A program made the position numbers and the translations under genes. Below are positions 55,102 through 64,000 of a stretch of 64,000 bases of DNA, in pieces; positions within the stretch are counted from its first letter, which is position 1, and every line of letters starts with the position of its first letter. Source of the DNA: the human T2T-CHM13v2.0 reference genome, Homo sapiens; NCBI RefSeq assembly GCF_009914755.1, contig NC_060929.1; one strand, given 5' to 3'. A model generated the notes under the pieces. The model saw only the letters and a list, made by a program, of their open reading frames with translations, had not been told where the DNA came from and did not search any database.

Positions 55102-56684
55102 GGAAATCAGTACCAGAAGTGGGACATTGCTATAAATGTACCTAAAAATGTGGAAGCAACCTTTGAACTGCGTAATGGGCAGAGGTTGGAATAGTCTGGA
55201 GGGCTCAGAAGACAGGAAGATGGGGGAAAGTTTGGAACTTCCTAGAGACTTGTTGAATGATTTTGACCAAAATGCTGATAGTGATGTTGATAATCAAGTC
55301 CAGGCTGAGGTGCTCTCAGATGGAGATGAGGAACTTATTAGGAATTGGAGCAAAGGTCACTCTTGCTATGCTTTAGCAAAGAGACTGGTGGCATTGTGCC
55401 CCTGCTCTAGGGACCTGGGGAACTTTGAACTCGAGAGAGATGATTTAGGGTATCTGTCAGAAGAAAGTTCTAAGCAACAAATTACTCAAGATGTGACCTG
55501 GGTGCTCCTAACAGCATATAGTCATATGTGTTCACAAAGAGATGATCTAAAATTGGAACTTATATTTAAAAGGGAAGCAGAACATAAAAGATTGGAAAAT
55601 TTGCAGTCTGACCATGCAGTAGAAAAGAAAAAAACATTTCATAGGGAGAAATTCAAGCCAGCTGCAGAAATTTGCATAAGCAACAATGGGGAAAACGTCT
55701 CCAAGGCATTTCAAAGATCTACATGGCAGGCCCTCCCATCACAGGCCTGGAGGCCCATGAGGGACCTTCCTGGGCCCAGGGTCCCTGTGCTCTGTGCAGC
55801 CTTGGGACATGATGCGCTGTATCCCAGCCACTCCAGCTACAGACATGACTATAGGGGCCAAGGTACAGCTTGGGCTATTGCTTCAGAAGGTAGCTTCCTT
55901 CTGCCAAGAAGACTTGGCAGCTTCCACGTGGTGTTCAGCCTTCAGGTGCACAGAAAACAAGAGTTGAGCTTTGAGAACCTCCGCATGTATTTCAGAGGAT
56001 GTATGGAAACACCTGGATGTCGAGGCATAAGTCAGCTGCAGGGGCAGAGCCCTCATGGAGAACCTCTACTCAGGCAATGCAGAGGGGCAGTGTGGGGTTG
56101 GAGGCCCCATACAGAATCCCCGCTGGGCATTGCCTAGTAGAGCTGTGAGAAGAGGGCCACCATTCTCCAGACCCCAGAATGGTAGATCCAATGACAGCTT
56201 GCACTGTGCACCTGGAAAAGCTGCAAGAACTCAATGTCAGCTGGTGAATGCAGCTACAGGGGCTGTACCCTGCAGAACCACAGGGTCAAGGCTGCCCAAG
56301 GGCTTGAGAGTCCACCCCTTGCATCAGTGTGCCCTGGATGTGAGACATGGAGTCAAAGGAGATTATTTTGGAGCTTTAAGATTTAATGGCTTTCCTTCTC
56401 AGTTTTGGACTTGCATGGGCCCTGTAGCCCTTGGTTTTGGCCAAGTTCTCCCTTTTGGAATGGGAGCATTTACTCGATGCCTGTACTCCCATTGTATCTT
56501 GGAAGTAACTAAATTGCTTTTGATTTTACAGGCTCATAGGTGGAAGAGACTTCCCTTGTCTCAAATGAGACTTTGGACTTATACTTTTGAGTTAATACTG
56601 GAATGAGTTAAGACTTTGAGGAGAGGCATAATTGTGTTTTGAAAAGTGAGAAAGACATGAGATTTAGGAGGGGCCAGGGTGGGA
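55102..56684 (+). mobile_element. THE1D internal region (ERVL-MaLR)
   Basis: About 1.6-kb MaLR internal sequence between two LTRs; polypurine tract gaggggccagggtggga before the 3' LTR. Confidence 0.92.
55136..56137 (+). pseudogene. MaLR internal ORF remnant (333 aa stop-free)
   Basis: Translation GRGWNSLEGSEDRKMGESLELPRDLLN...NWSKGHSCYALAKRLVALCPCSRDL..FELERDDLGYL matches the THE1/MST internal ORF; the C-terminal part probably drifts out of the consensus frame. Confidence 0.75.
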
Positions 56685-57038
56685 TGATATGGCTTGGCTC
56701 TGTGTCCCCACCCAAATCTCATCTCGAATTGTAATCCCCACATGTTGAGGGAGGAACCTGGTGAGAGGGATTGAATCATTGGGGTAGTTTCCCCCATTGT
56801 ATTCTCATGATAGTGAGTTCTCACAAGATCTGATGGCATAAGTGTGGCATTTGTCTCTCTTTCCTGCCACCTACATGTACGACGTGCCTCACTTCCCCTT
56901 CACCTTCCACCATGATTGTAAATTTCCTGAGTCCCCCTCCAGCCATTCAGAACTGTGAGCCAAGTAAATCTCTTTTATTTATCAATTACCCAGTCTCAGA
57001 TAGTTTTTTTAATAGCAGTATGAAAACAGACTAATCTA
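56685..57038 (+). mobile_element. THE1D 3' LTR
   Basis: tgatatggcttggctctgtgtccccacccaaatctcatctcgaattgtaatcccca ... aacagactaat; followed by TSD catgg at 57039-57043. Confidence 0.92.
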
Positions 57039-57201
57039 CATGGTGACACATGGCTGTATTAGTCTAGCTACTCAGGAGGCTGAAGCAGGAGGATCACTTG
57101 AGCCTAGGAGTTTGAGGTCAGTGAGCTATGATTGTGCTATGGCACTTCAGCCTGGGTAACCTAGTGTGACCATGTCTATGAAAAAAAAAAAAACTTAATA
57201 A
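57039..57201 (+). mobile_element. AluJ right arm
   Basis: agctactcaggaggctgaagcaggaggatcacttgagcctaggagtttgagg...gtgagctatgat (J diagnostics), poly-A. Confidence 0.9.
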
Positions 57202-57259
57202 AGAAAAAAGCAGAACCTTTCTACAATAAGCGATGGCGGGATAGTGGGCAAAGCAAAGC

Positions 57260-57420
57260 CTTGGACGTGGGCTCTGCAGCTTATAAGTGTTCCATCTGGA
57301 GTGTCGGAGCGTCAGCTTCCTCATCTGTAACATCTACCCTGTAGGAATGTTGTGTGGGTAGAAAGAATGTATGTACAGTGCCCTGGACTTAATACAATCC
57401 AGAAACGGAAGTGGTTATTA
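57260..57420 (+). mobile_element. MIR fragment
   Basis: tcagcttcctcatctgtaa...tgttgtgtgggta. Confidence 0.55.
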
Positions 57421-57805
57421 TTGGCAACATGATGTGGGTAAGATTTGTGGTAAGGAATAAAATCTTCTTCGGGTATTAATTCTCCCTTCATACCAGGATT
57501 TCAGAACAAGGGAAATCTTTGCTATTTCCCCATCAAGAATCATGTATACAACCTGTTCGCTGGAGAGGCACCTTGGGCTGGCAGGTACTCCGGAGATGGC
57601 CACTCCCTCACTAGCATCACCAGAGGGTGATGATAAGAGAAGGCTACAGGGAGAGGAGGTTGATGATCACACACATCACCTCTAAGGTGGTGGAGGTAAT
57701 TCATCAGTATAACAGGCACTCACAAAATACTTCTTGAAAGAATGAATGAACTGCCCACCTAAGAAATCCTCTGATAAATGTTCTTTTTTTTCTCCTCGTT
57801 TAAAC

Positions 57806-58010
57806 CAAGAGTACTCCACCACAGCATTGCTGACCTTTGGGACCAGATTATTCTCTGTTGCTGGGGGCTGCCCTGTTCACCAGCATCCTTGGCCTCTGCA
57901 CATTCGACACGAATAGCACACACACAAGGGCAAGTTGTGACAACTAAACCATCTCTAGACATTGCCAGATGTCCCCTGAGGGCAAAATCACTTCCAGTAA
58001 AAACCAATGG
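57806..58010 (+). mobile_element. MER20 hAT-Charlie fossil
   Basis: ccagattattctctgttgctgggggctgccctgt...agttgtgacaactaaa...agacattgccagatgtcccctgagggcaaaatcac. Confidence 0.85.
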
Positions 58011-58714
58011 TTCAGACTATAGGAAAGCAAAAAAATATATTTTTGAGGCTAAAAATAACTTAACTTTTTACTATGTCCCTGAATCCAAAGCTGTTTTGAA
58101 GGCTTAGCAAATAATATAGCTATAACTTAGCATAGCAAGTCCTTAGAGCAATTTACAACTGACTGGAGAATATTAACCGCCTAAGGCAAATCAGTCCTTA
58201 ACTGCTGCTATTCTGGGGGTGGGGAGGGGGACACAGCATTAATAATTCAATAAAGGAAAGGCTGCAGGCAATGAGACCCTAGAGTTATTTATTTAGCCAA
58301 TTAGATTCGTTTTTGGTGGCAACCCTGCCTTTGTGAGTATGAATACGCCATGTCTATTCTTCAATTAACCAGGAAAATTGTACCTCACAAATCTGCTCTT
58401 ACTGCCTTTCAGCTGGAGGATGTGCAGTTCAAGTGGTCCTGGAGCCTTCAGAGGAGGGAAACAGGCTGGGAACATTCATCACTTACACGTGTGCCTCACA
58501 CAGAACAGATCCATGCACTGGGGGTGTGCAAATTAGAGGTGTCAGCATCAGTCCTCACTGTTCCTGCCCTAACTTTCCAGCCCTAATCCAGAGCAAGACA
58601 GGGATGAATTATATCAGGTAAAATTTAGAGCCATGGACACATAGATATGCTCAGTTTATTACTGTTAGTGATAAACAATCCTACTTTAACCACTAAGAGA
58701 CTAGAAAACATGGT

Positions 58715-59026
58715 TTTTTGTTTTTTTGGTTTTTTGGTTTTTTTGAGATAGAGTCTCATTCTGTTGCCCAGGTTGGAGTGCAGTGGCATGATCTTGGCTC
58801 ACTGCAACCTCTGCCACCCAAGTTCAAGCGATTCTCCTGCCTCAGCCTCCTGAGTAGCGGGGATTACAGGTGCATAACTACCACGCCCAGCTAATTTTTG
58901 TATTTTTAGTAGAGATGGAGTTTCACCATGTTGGCCAGGCTGGTCTTGAACTCCTGACCTGAAGTGATCTGCCCACTTTGGCCTCCAAAGTGCTGGGATT
59001 ATAGGCATGAGCCACCATGCCCGGCC
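58715..59026 (-). mobile_element. AluS (Sx/Sz-like)
   Basis: Reverse Alu with GT-patterned tail; flanking repeat aaaacat(g/a)gt. Confidence 0.93.
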
Positions 59027-60336
59027 CAAAACATAGTATTAAATATACGTCTGGTGAAGCAAATCCAAGAGCTTTCCTGTTTTAACTTTGCTCACAATTT
59101 AGGCTGCAGGAACTGCTGGAGGTCCCTGAAGTGGACCTATTTTGGTGGCTTATTTTGGTCTAGATCACAATGTGGAAGGTGTCCCTATCACTCTCTTGTG
59201 GTCAATAGGAGGTCAACTCAAAGCCCTACAGACTACAGTAGCTAATGGGGATTATTTTTTTAAAATCATCAGGAAGAAGAATATATAAACCAACATAGTC
59301 CTGTTCACTGGGACAAACCATTAGAAATTCTAGAGATTTCTCCATAAGCTGTTAGAGATTTTCTTTTTCCTTGGGTATTTATAACCTTAGCACTTCCATT
59401 TCTACCATATATTTTACTTCCTTTTCCCTTTCTTGCTCTCCTTTTTCTTTTTTGGTTCCACTTATTTGTTTAGAGCCCAGATTCTCTAATAATTACAGGT
59501 GGCGGCAAGCTGTGAGGCTTCACAAAAAGTCAGATACTTAGACCAGGAAATCACAGAAAGGCCACTGACAAGATTCCAATGTGAAGATGCCCCTGACCAT
59601 TGACTTGTCCTCGATATCTAAACAAAGAGCACATCCCTAACAGGGGGACCAAGATTTCTTATGCACACACACATCTGTCTGTCGCAGGCCTTGGAGACCT
59701 GGGATCAGTCAGATCCCCAATGAGAGCACAAAATGGAAATCACATCTCCAAACCACTTTTGTTTCACTAAAATCAAACTGATGTTTCAGTCAACAAAACA
59801 TAAAGAGTTTCAGTGCCTCGTGAAATTTCACTGACCCAAAAATTACCTTTGTCAACCCAAACATAGCTTTCTTTTCTCATTTAATGTGATCGCAGTTGTG
59901 CTCACCAAGTCCAGTTGAGTACAGAGTGGGATGCCCGTGAATATGCCAGGAGCTGAGAGCTGAACAGTACCTGACATTTCACCCATTTAAATTATAGACT
60001 TTTCCTACTCCAGAAGATTCAGGACATCTATAGCATGTGTCCAAATGTGGCACAAAGGAAAAATATCTTATTAACTCAGCACAATTATGGGGTCTGAGAT
60101 CAGAGGAACTGGAGGCCTCGTAATGTAGAGCAGCAGCTTACAGGAATGGAACTCAGAGCAAATAAATTTTGATTGAGACAGGAAGAAAAAGGAAAAACAC
60201 AAGACATTACCTAGAGTGAGCATACCTAAAGGCCAAGATTCTGGGTGAGTGGAAGGTGGGAGGAAAAACAGCCCCTCTCAGGCATACAATAACAGGTGAT
60301 GTGGATACCACTCACTGGAAGGGAACTGGGGATGCC

Positions 60337-60535
60337 CAGTGGTGTGCCAGCCAATGTTTAATGACCACCCATCGGAAGAAGCCCTTACCTGTGGTGTGTG
60401 CCAATTTCCATGGTGTAAACACTCCCACCATAGCCTACATTAAGCTACTATCACAATGTCACTGAACACAGAGACAGGGAGACACGCACACAATTGGCTC
60501 TCACAAGGTAGCAGGAACAGCTCCAGCACAGAGCA
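60337..60535 (+). mobile_element. MER63A-like hAT-Blackjack fossil
   Basis: cagtggtgtgc...gccaatttccatggtgtaaacactcccacca...aagctac...gtcactgaac...ctccagcaca. Confidence 0.82.
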
Positions 60536-60914
60536 CCCCTGGCACAGGAAGTGGAACTGAAAAGAAGCTGGGCAGGGGCCTGGTGCCCACTTCTTTTGAC
60601 AGGCGATTTGTGTGTATGGGGCTTCTGTCTTGACACAGCTGGACTTTCCTGATCATTTAGTCTCAGAAACTGAATGGAGATTGTTTCCTTTGTCACTCCC
60701 AATTCTGCTCTGTGAAATTCTTAGGAATTTAAAAATTCATGATGAGCACATAGTAACTTAAATTCAAACATCAAAGGACTGCTCAGTTTTTTCTCCTGTT
60801 GTGACCTTATTGTGGTAAATATTGCATTAAATTGCCATGCCAATAATTGAGATTCAGAAGCACTTTAGTTTTGAAGAGATTTGCTGTTCATGGCATTTAG
60901 TGACAAAGATTTTC

Positions 60915-61105
60915 ACCTTCTCATTCCCTATCTCTCTTCATTCTCCTTCTACCACTCCCTCTCTCTCATTTTCTCTCCCATAATGTTCTCTCTTTGGGGC
61001 TGTCTCCAACCCTTTCCCATTTATCTTTCCAAGTATCTCTATATATCTCTTTCTCAACTTCTTTCCCCTTACCCCCTCTCCCTCACTCTTCTCTCAACTT
61101 CTCAG
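60915..61105. repeat. CT-rich low-complexity tract
   Basis: About 190 bp dominated by C/T on +. Confidence 0.7.
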
Positions 61106-62699
61106 TAAGGGAAAGATTTCTCGTCCTATCTGCATAATGTATCTGACAATTCCAGTCTCTGTTTGCTAATCATGCTTAAAAGAATGACATACCAGAATGT
61201 AGAGACAACAGGAAGAGGTAAACTAAGGGAAGCACTGAAAAATACCAGGCATAACAAAAGCCTGAACAAGCTCTGCATGCATAAAGAGGTACTATGCATT
61301 AGGCATATGGACTTCACTTGAGATTATGTACCATAAACAAGTACAACATGACAAAAAAGAACATACAGACGTGGAGTAAACTACTGACCACTTAAAGCTG
61401 GCTGAAAATCCCACAATACGGATCCTGAGTTTTACTTCCCTTTTCTTCTCTGGTTCCCCTTACCCTGGTACCTGCCAACCGAGCCTTTGATTTAAACATT
61501 TTTATATATCAAAAGATACAGAAGAAAAAAGTAATTTAGATGTAAACATTGAAACAGCTTATGTTACAAAATGAGTGCAGTTTTAAAAAATAAATACGCA
61601 AAGCCTTGGGGGGAGGAGAAAAAAACAGCTTTGAAGGGAATAGACAAATAAAAAGCCCACTAAAGACACAGATCATTCCAGAGGTGATTCCTTCTTTCTG
61701 CCTGACACAGGCTGTGTGGCCAACATATGTATCAACAGACAGGAAGTAACAGAACTCCAAACCAGACAGGCGCTGGGAGCTCATTCTATATTCACAGAAT
61801 CATATTCGGGAAGGCAGGGTCCCAGGAAGTACTAAATCAAATCCTGCCACTTCACAATAACAAGGAAAGGATAAAATGAATTCTTGATAGCCACAGATTT
61901 TTCAGAGGAAAAAAGAACAGATTTTCAACTTGAAACCATTACATTTTAGACAACTTTTTAAAAAGCTTGAATTTCAAGGATTAGGGCAAAGTACGTGCTC
62001 TGTGTTCCTCTGCTAACTGAAACTGAAGGCTGTGTTCCCAGTTCTTACAGTCATTTGACAAATACATCAACAAGAATTAGCCACCAACATGATTTCCTTG
62101 GCCTCCCACAGTCAGAATAATAAAAAGAAATTCCTTCCATGATCTCTTTATTTTAACACACCGGTTGTTATTTAGTGTATCATCAGGAGGCTGTAGGCAA
62201 ATCGCTGGCTGGCTGTCACAGTCAACATCAACCCCTTTGAAGTCAATGACACTAAATGGAAACACTAGAAGTGCCATTAATGAGCATGTTTTAATAATGC
62301 TACTGAAGTCTTTTACATTTCAAGAAAAGTACCAGAAATAACTCTGTAGAGTTTATGGTAGCACGATTGAAGTGTTGCTAATCATTATATATCGGTTTAT
62401 TAATCATTATAAATGCCATCACAGTTAAATGTTATTTGGATTGTTCATATGCTTAACATTGAAGGTGTAATTAAGAAATGGCCTGATTGATACCAGGCGA
62501 GTCGGTCTCAGTTGAACTAGGATTTCATTGAATGTAGTCCTCAGGGTGGATGGTATTGAATGGATCCACAGCACTGGGGTTCTATGGAGGTTCTTGCATC
62601 AACGTCCCAAAAGTTCGGGTCCTTCTCTCCTCCTCCACACCCTCCATTACACAAGTGCCCCAGAGTCAGCGTAGTATCTATCCAACAGACACCCATGAG

Positions 62700-62922
62700 T
62701 GGGGCTGCATATATAACAAATAAAGATACTGGATGTGGACCTGAATTTGAATTTCAGAGAAACATCGAGTATTTTTGTTAGATTAAATACAAATTTAAGA
62801 TAAACAGAAGATATATAATTTGTTAGTAAAGCTACAGTTCAGACTTAGACTAATGTAATTATTCATTGTTTATCTGAAGTTTAAATTTAACTAAGCGCCC
62901 TGTATTTTATCTGGCAACTCTA
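62700..62922. mobile_element. MER53 palindromic hAT MITE
   Basis: Arms aatttgaatttcagagaaaca / tgtttatctgaagtttaaattt; end cctgtattttatctggcaact. Confidence 0.82.
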
Positions 62923-63794
62923 CCCAGGGGAAACATGTGTGGAGCCTTTTATGGTCTAGAGATCTGCCTCTAGGTGGGACCATGATGGCCATCTGAGCAT
63001 ATGTACCTGTCCTTCTCCCACCCCCAGGCCCTGGAAATTAAAAAAAAAAAATAGATGTGTTTAATGAGAAATTTCACAAAACTGACAGAAGACAAGGAGA
63101 AGGTGTCATGTGGGTCAGAAACCTTGAGAAATTCCTGAAAGACAGAAAGAAACCTGGCTCATCTTAACAGAGGAAATTGCAGCCTCAGAAATGAACTAAA
63201 AAGGTTGCTGGAAAATGTTGTAGTATGTCTAGGGATGCCCCGAGCTCAGAGACAACAAACGCAATGAGCAAACGAAACAGAAGCTATAGAGATTAATTGG
63301 GGGAGCATGTTCAGAAGTGCTGAACAAAGAGTGCCTGCTGCTCCACCCTGTGTCAAGCAGCAGGAGCATAGTCTGTCTAGATAGAGCCACCAGGGTGACC
63401 ACTTGGGCTATAGAGGCAGAGAGGTGCCCCGAATGACTGTTGATAATTGGGTGCACCAGAAAATGAGAACCTGCTATACACCAACATCCTCAATGATCTC
63501 CAATTATATGGAAAGCAAAATGGAATCCACAGATAGGAGATCACAGACTCTCAAGATGACCAAAATTATTAGAAAAACCAACATCAAAATAAAGAGGCAT
63601 TGAAGAGCAGACACATGCAGAAACAGGGTTAAAGTAGCAACTATTAGGCTTTAAAAGTAGTGTAATTAATATCTTTAAATATTTAAGATATCATCTAATA
63701 TAAATGAAAAAGAACAGGCTGCAATGGGGAAAGCATATTTTAGAAATAAAAAATAGGATTATTTGTAATTTCAAAAATATAAAACTCCTTGGGG

Positions 63795-64000
63795 ACCAAC
63801 CCAAATGTCCATCAATGCAGACTAGATAAAGAAAATGTGGTACATCTACACCATGGAATACTATGCAGCCATAAAAAGGAATGAGATCATGTCGTCTTCA
63901 GGGACATGGATGAAATTGAAAGCCATCATCCTCAACAAACAAACACAGGAACAGAAAACGCAACACCACATGTTCTTACTCATAAGTGGGAGGTGAACAA
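63795..64000 (+). mobile_element. L1PA fragment running off the window end
   Basis: caacccaaatgtccatcaatg...aaagaaaatgtggtacat...catggaatactatgcagcc...atgttcttactcataagtgggag. Confidence 0.92.

Overview
This is primate genomic DNA, most likely human or another ape, and not microbial. The evidence is AluY/S/J, L1PA/PB/M, L2, MIR, MaLR/ERV LTRs, MER DNA-transposon fossils and strong CpG depletion. I cannot recognise any protein-coding exon, RNA gene or CpG island, and I cannot name a host gene. All four LTR elements I could call lie on +, and unique DNA looks A-rich on +, which suggests a large intron of a minus-strand transcription unit (inference). Nearly all listed ORFs are chance or repeat-derived; the 333-aa ORF is the internal ORF of a THE1D provirus. 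The best-supported structure is a two-LTR THE1D provirus inserted into the middle of an AluJ, with both sets of target-site duplications (TSDs) preserved. Also notable are an orphan AATAAA + A26 segment behind an L1 stub (possible 3' transduction or retrocopy) and an AluYd-type element with a pure (AAAAT)12 tail. There are also a few candidate small exons or recursive splice sites and several motif-dense candidate enhancers. I found no sequence support for a new multi-gene biological system. Repeat subfamily calls are from remembered consensus sequences, and boundaries of old repeats are approximate.
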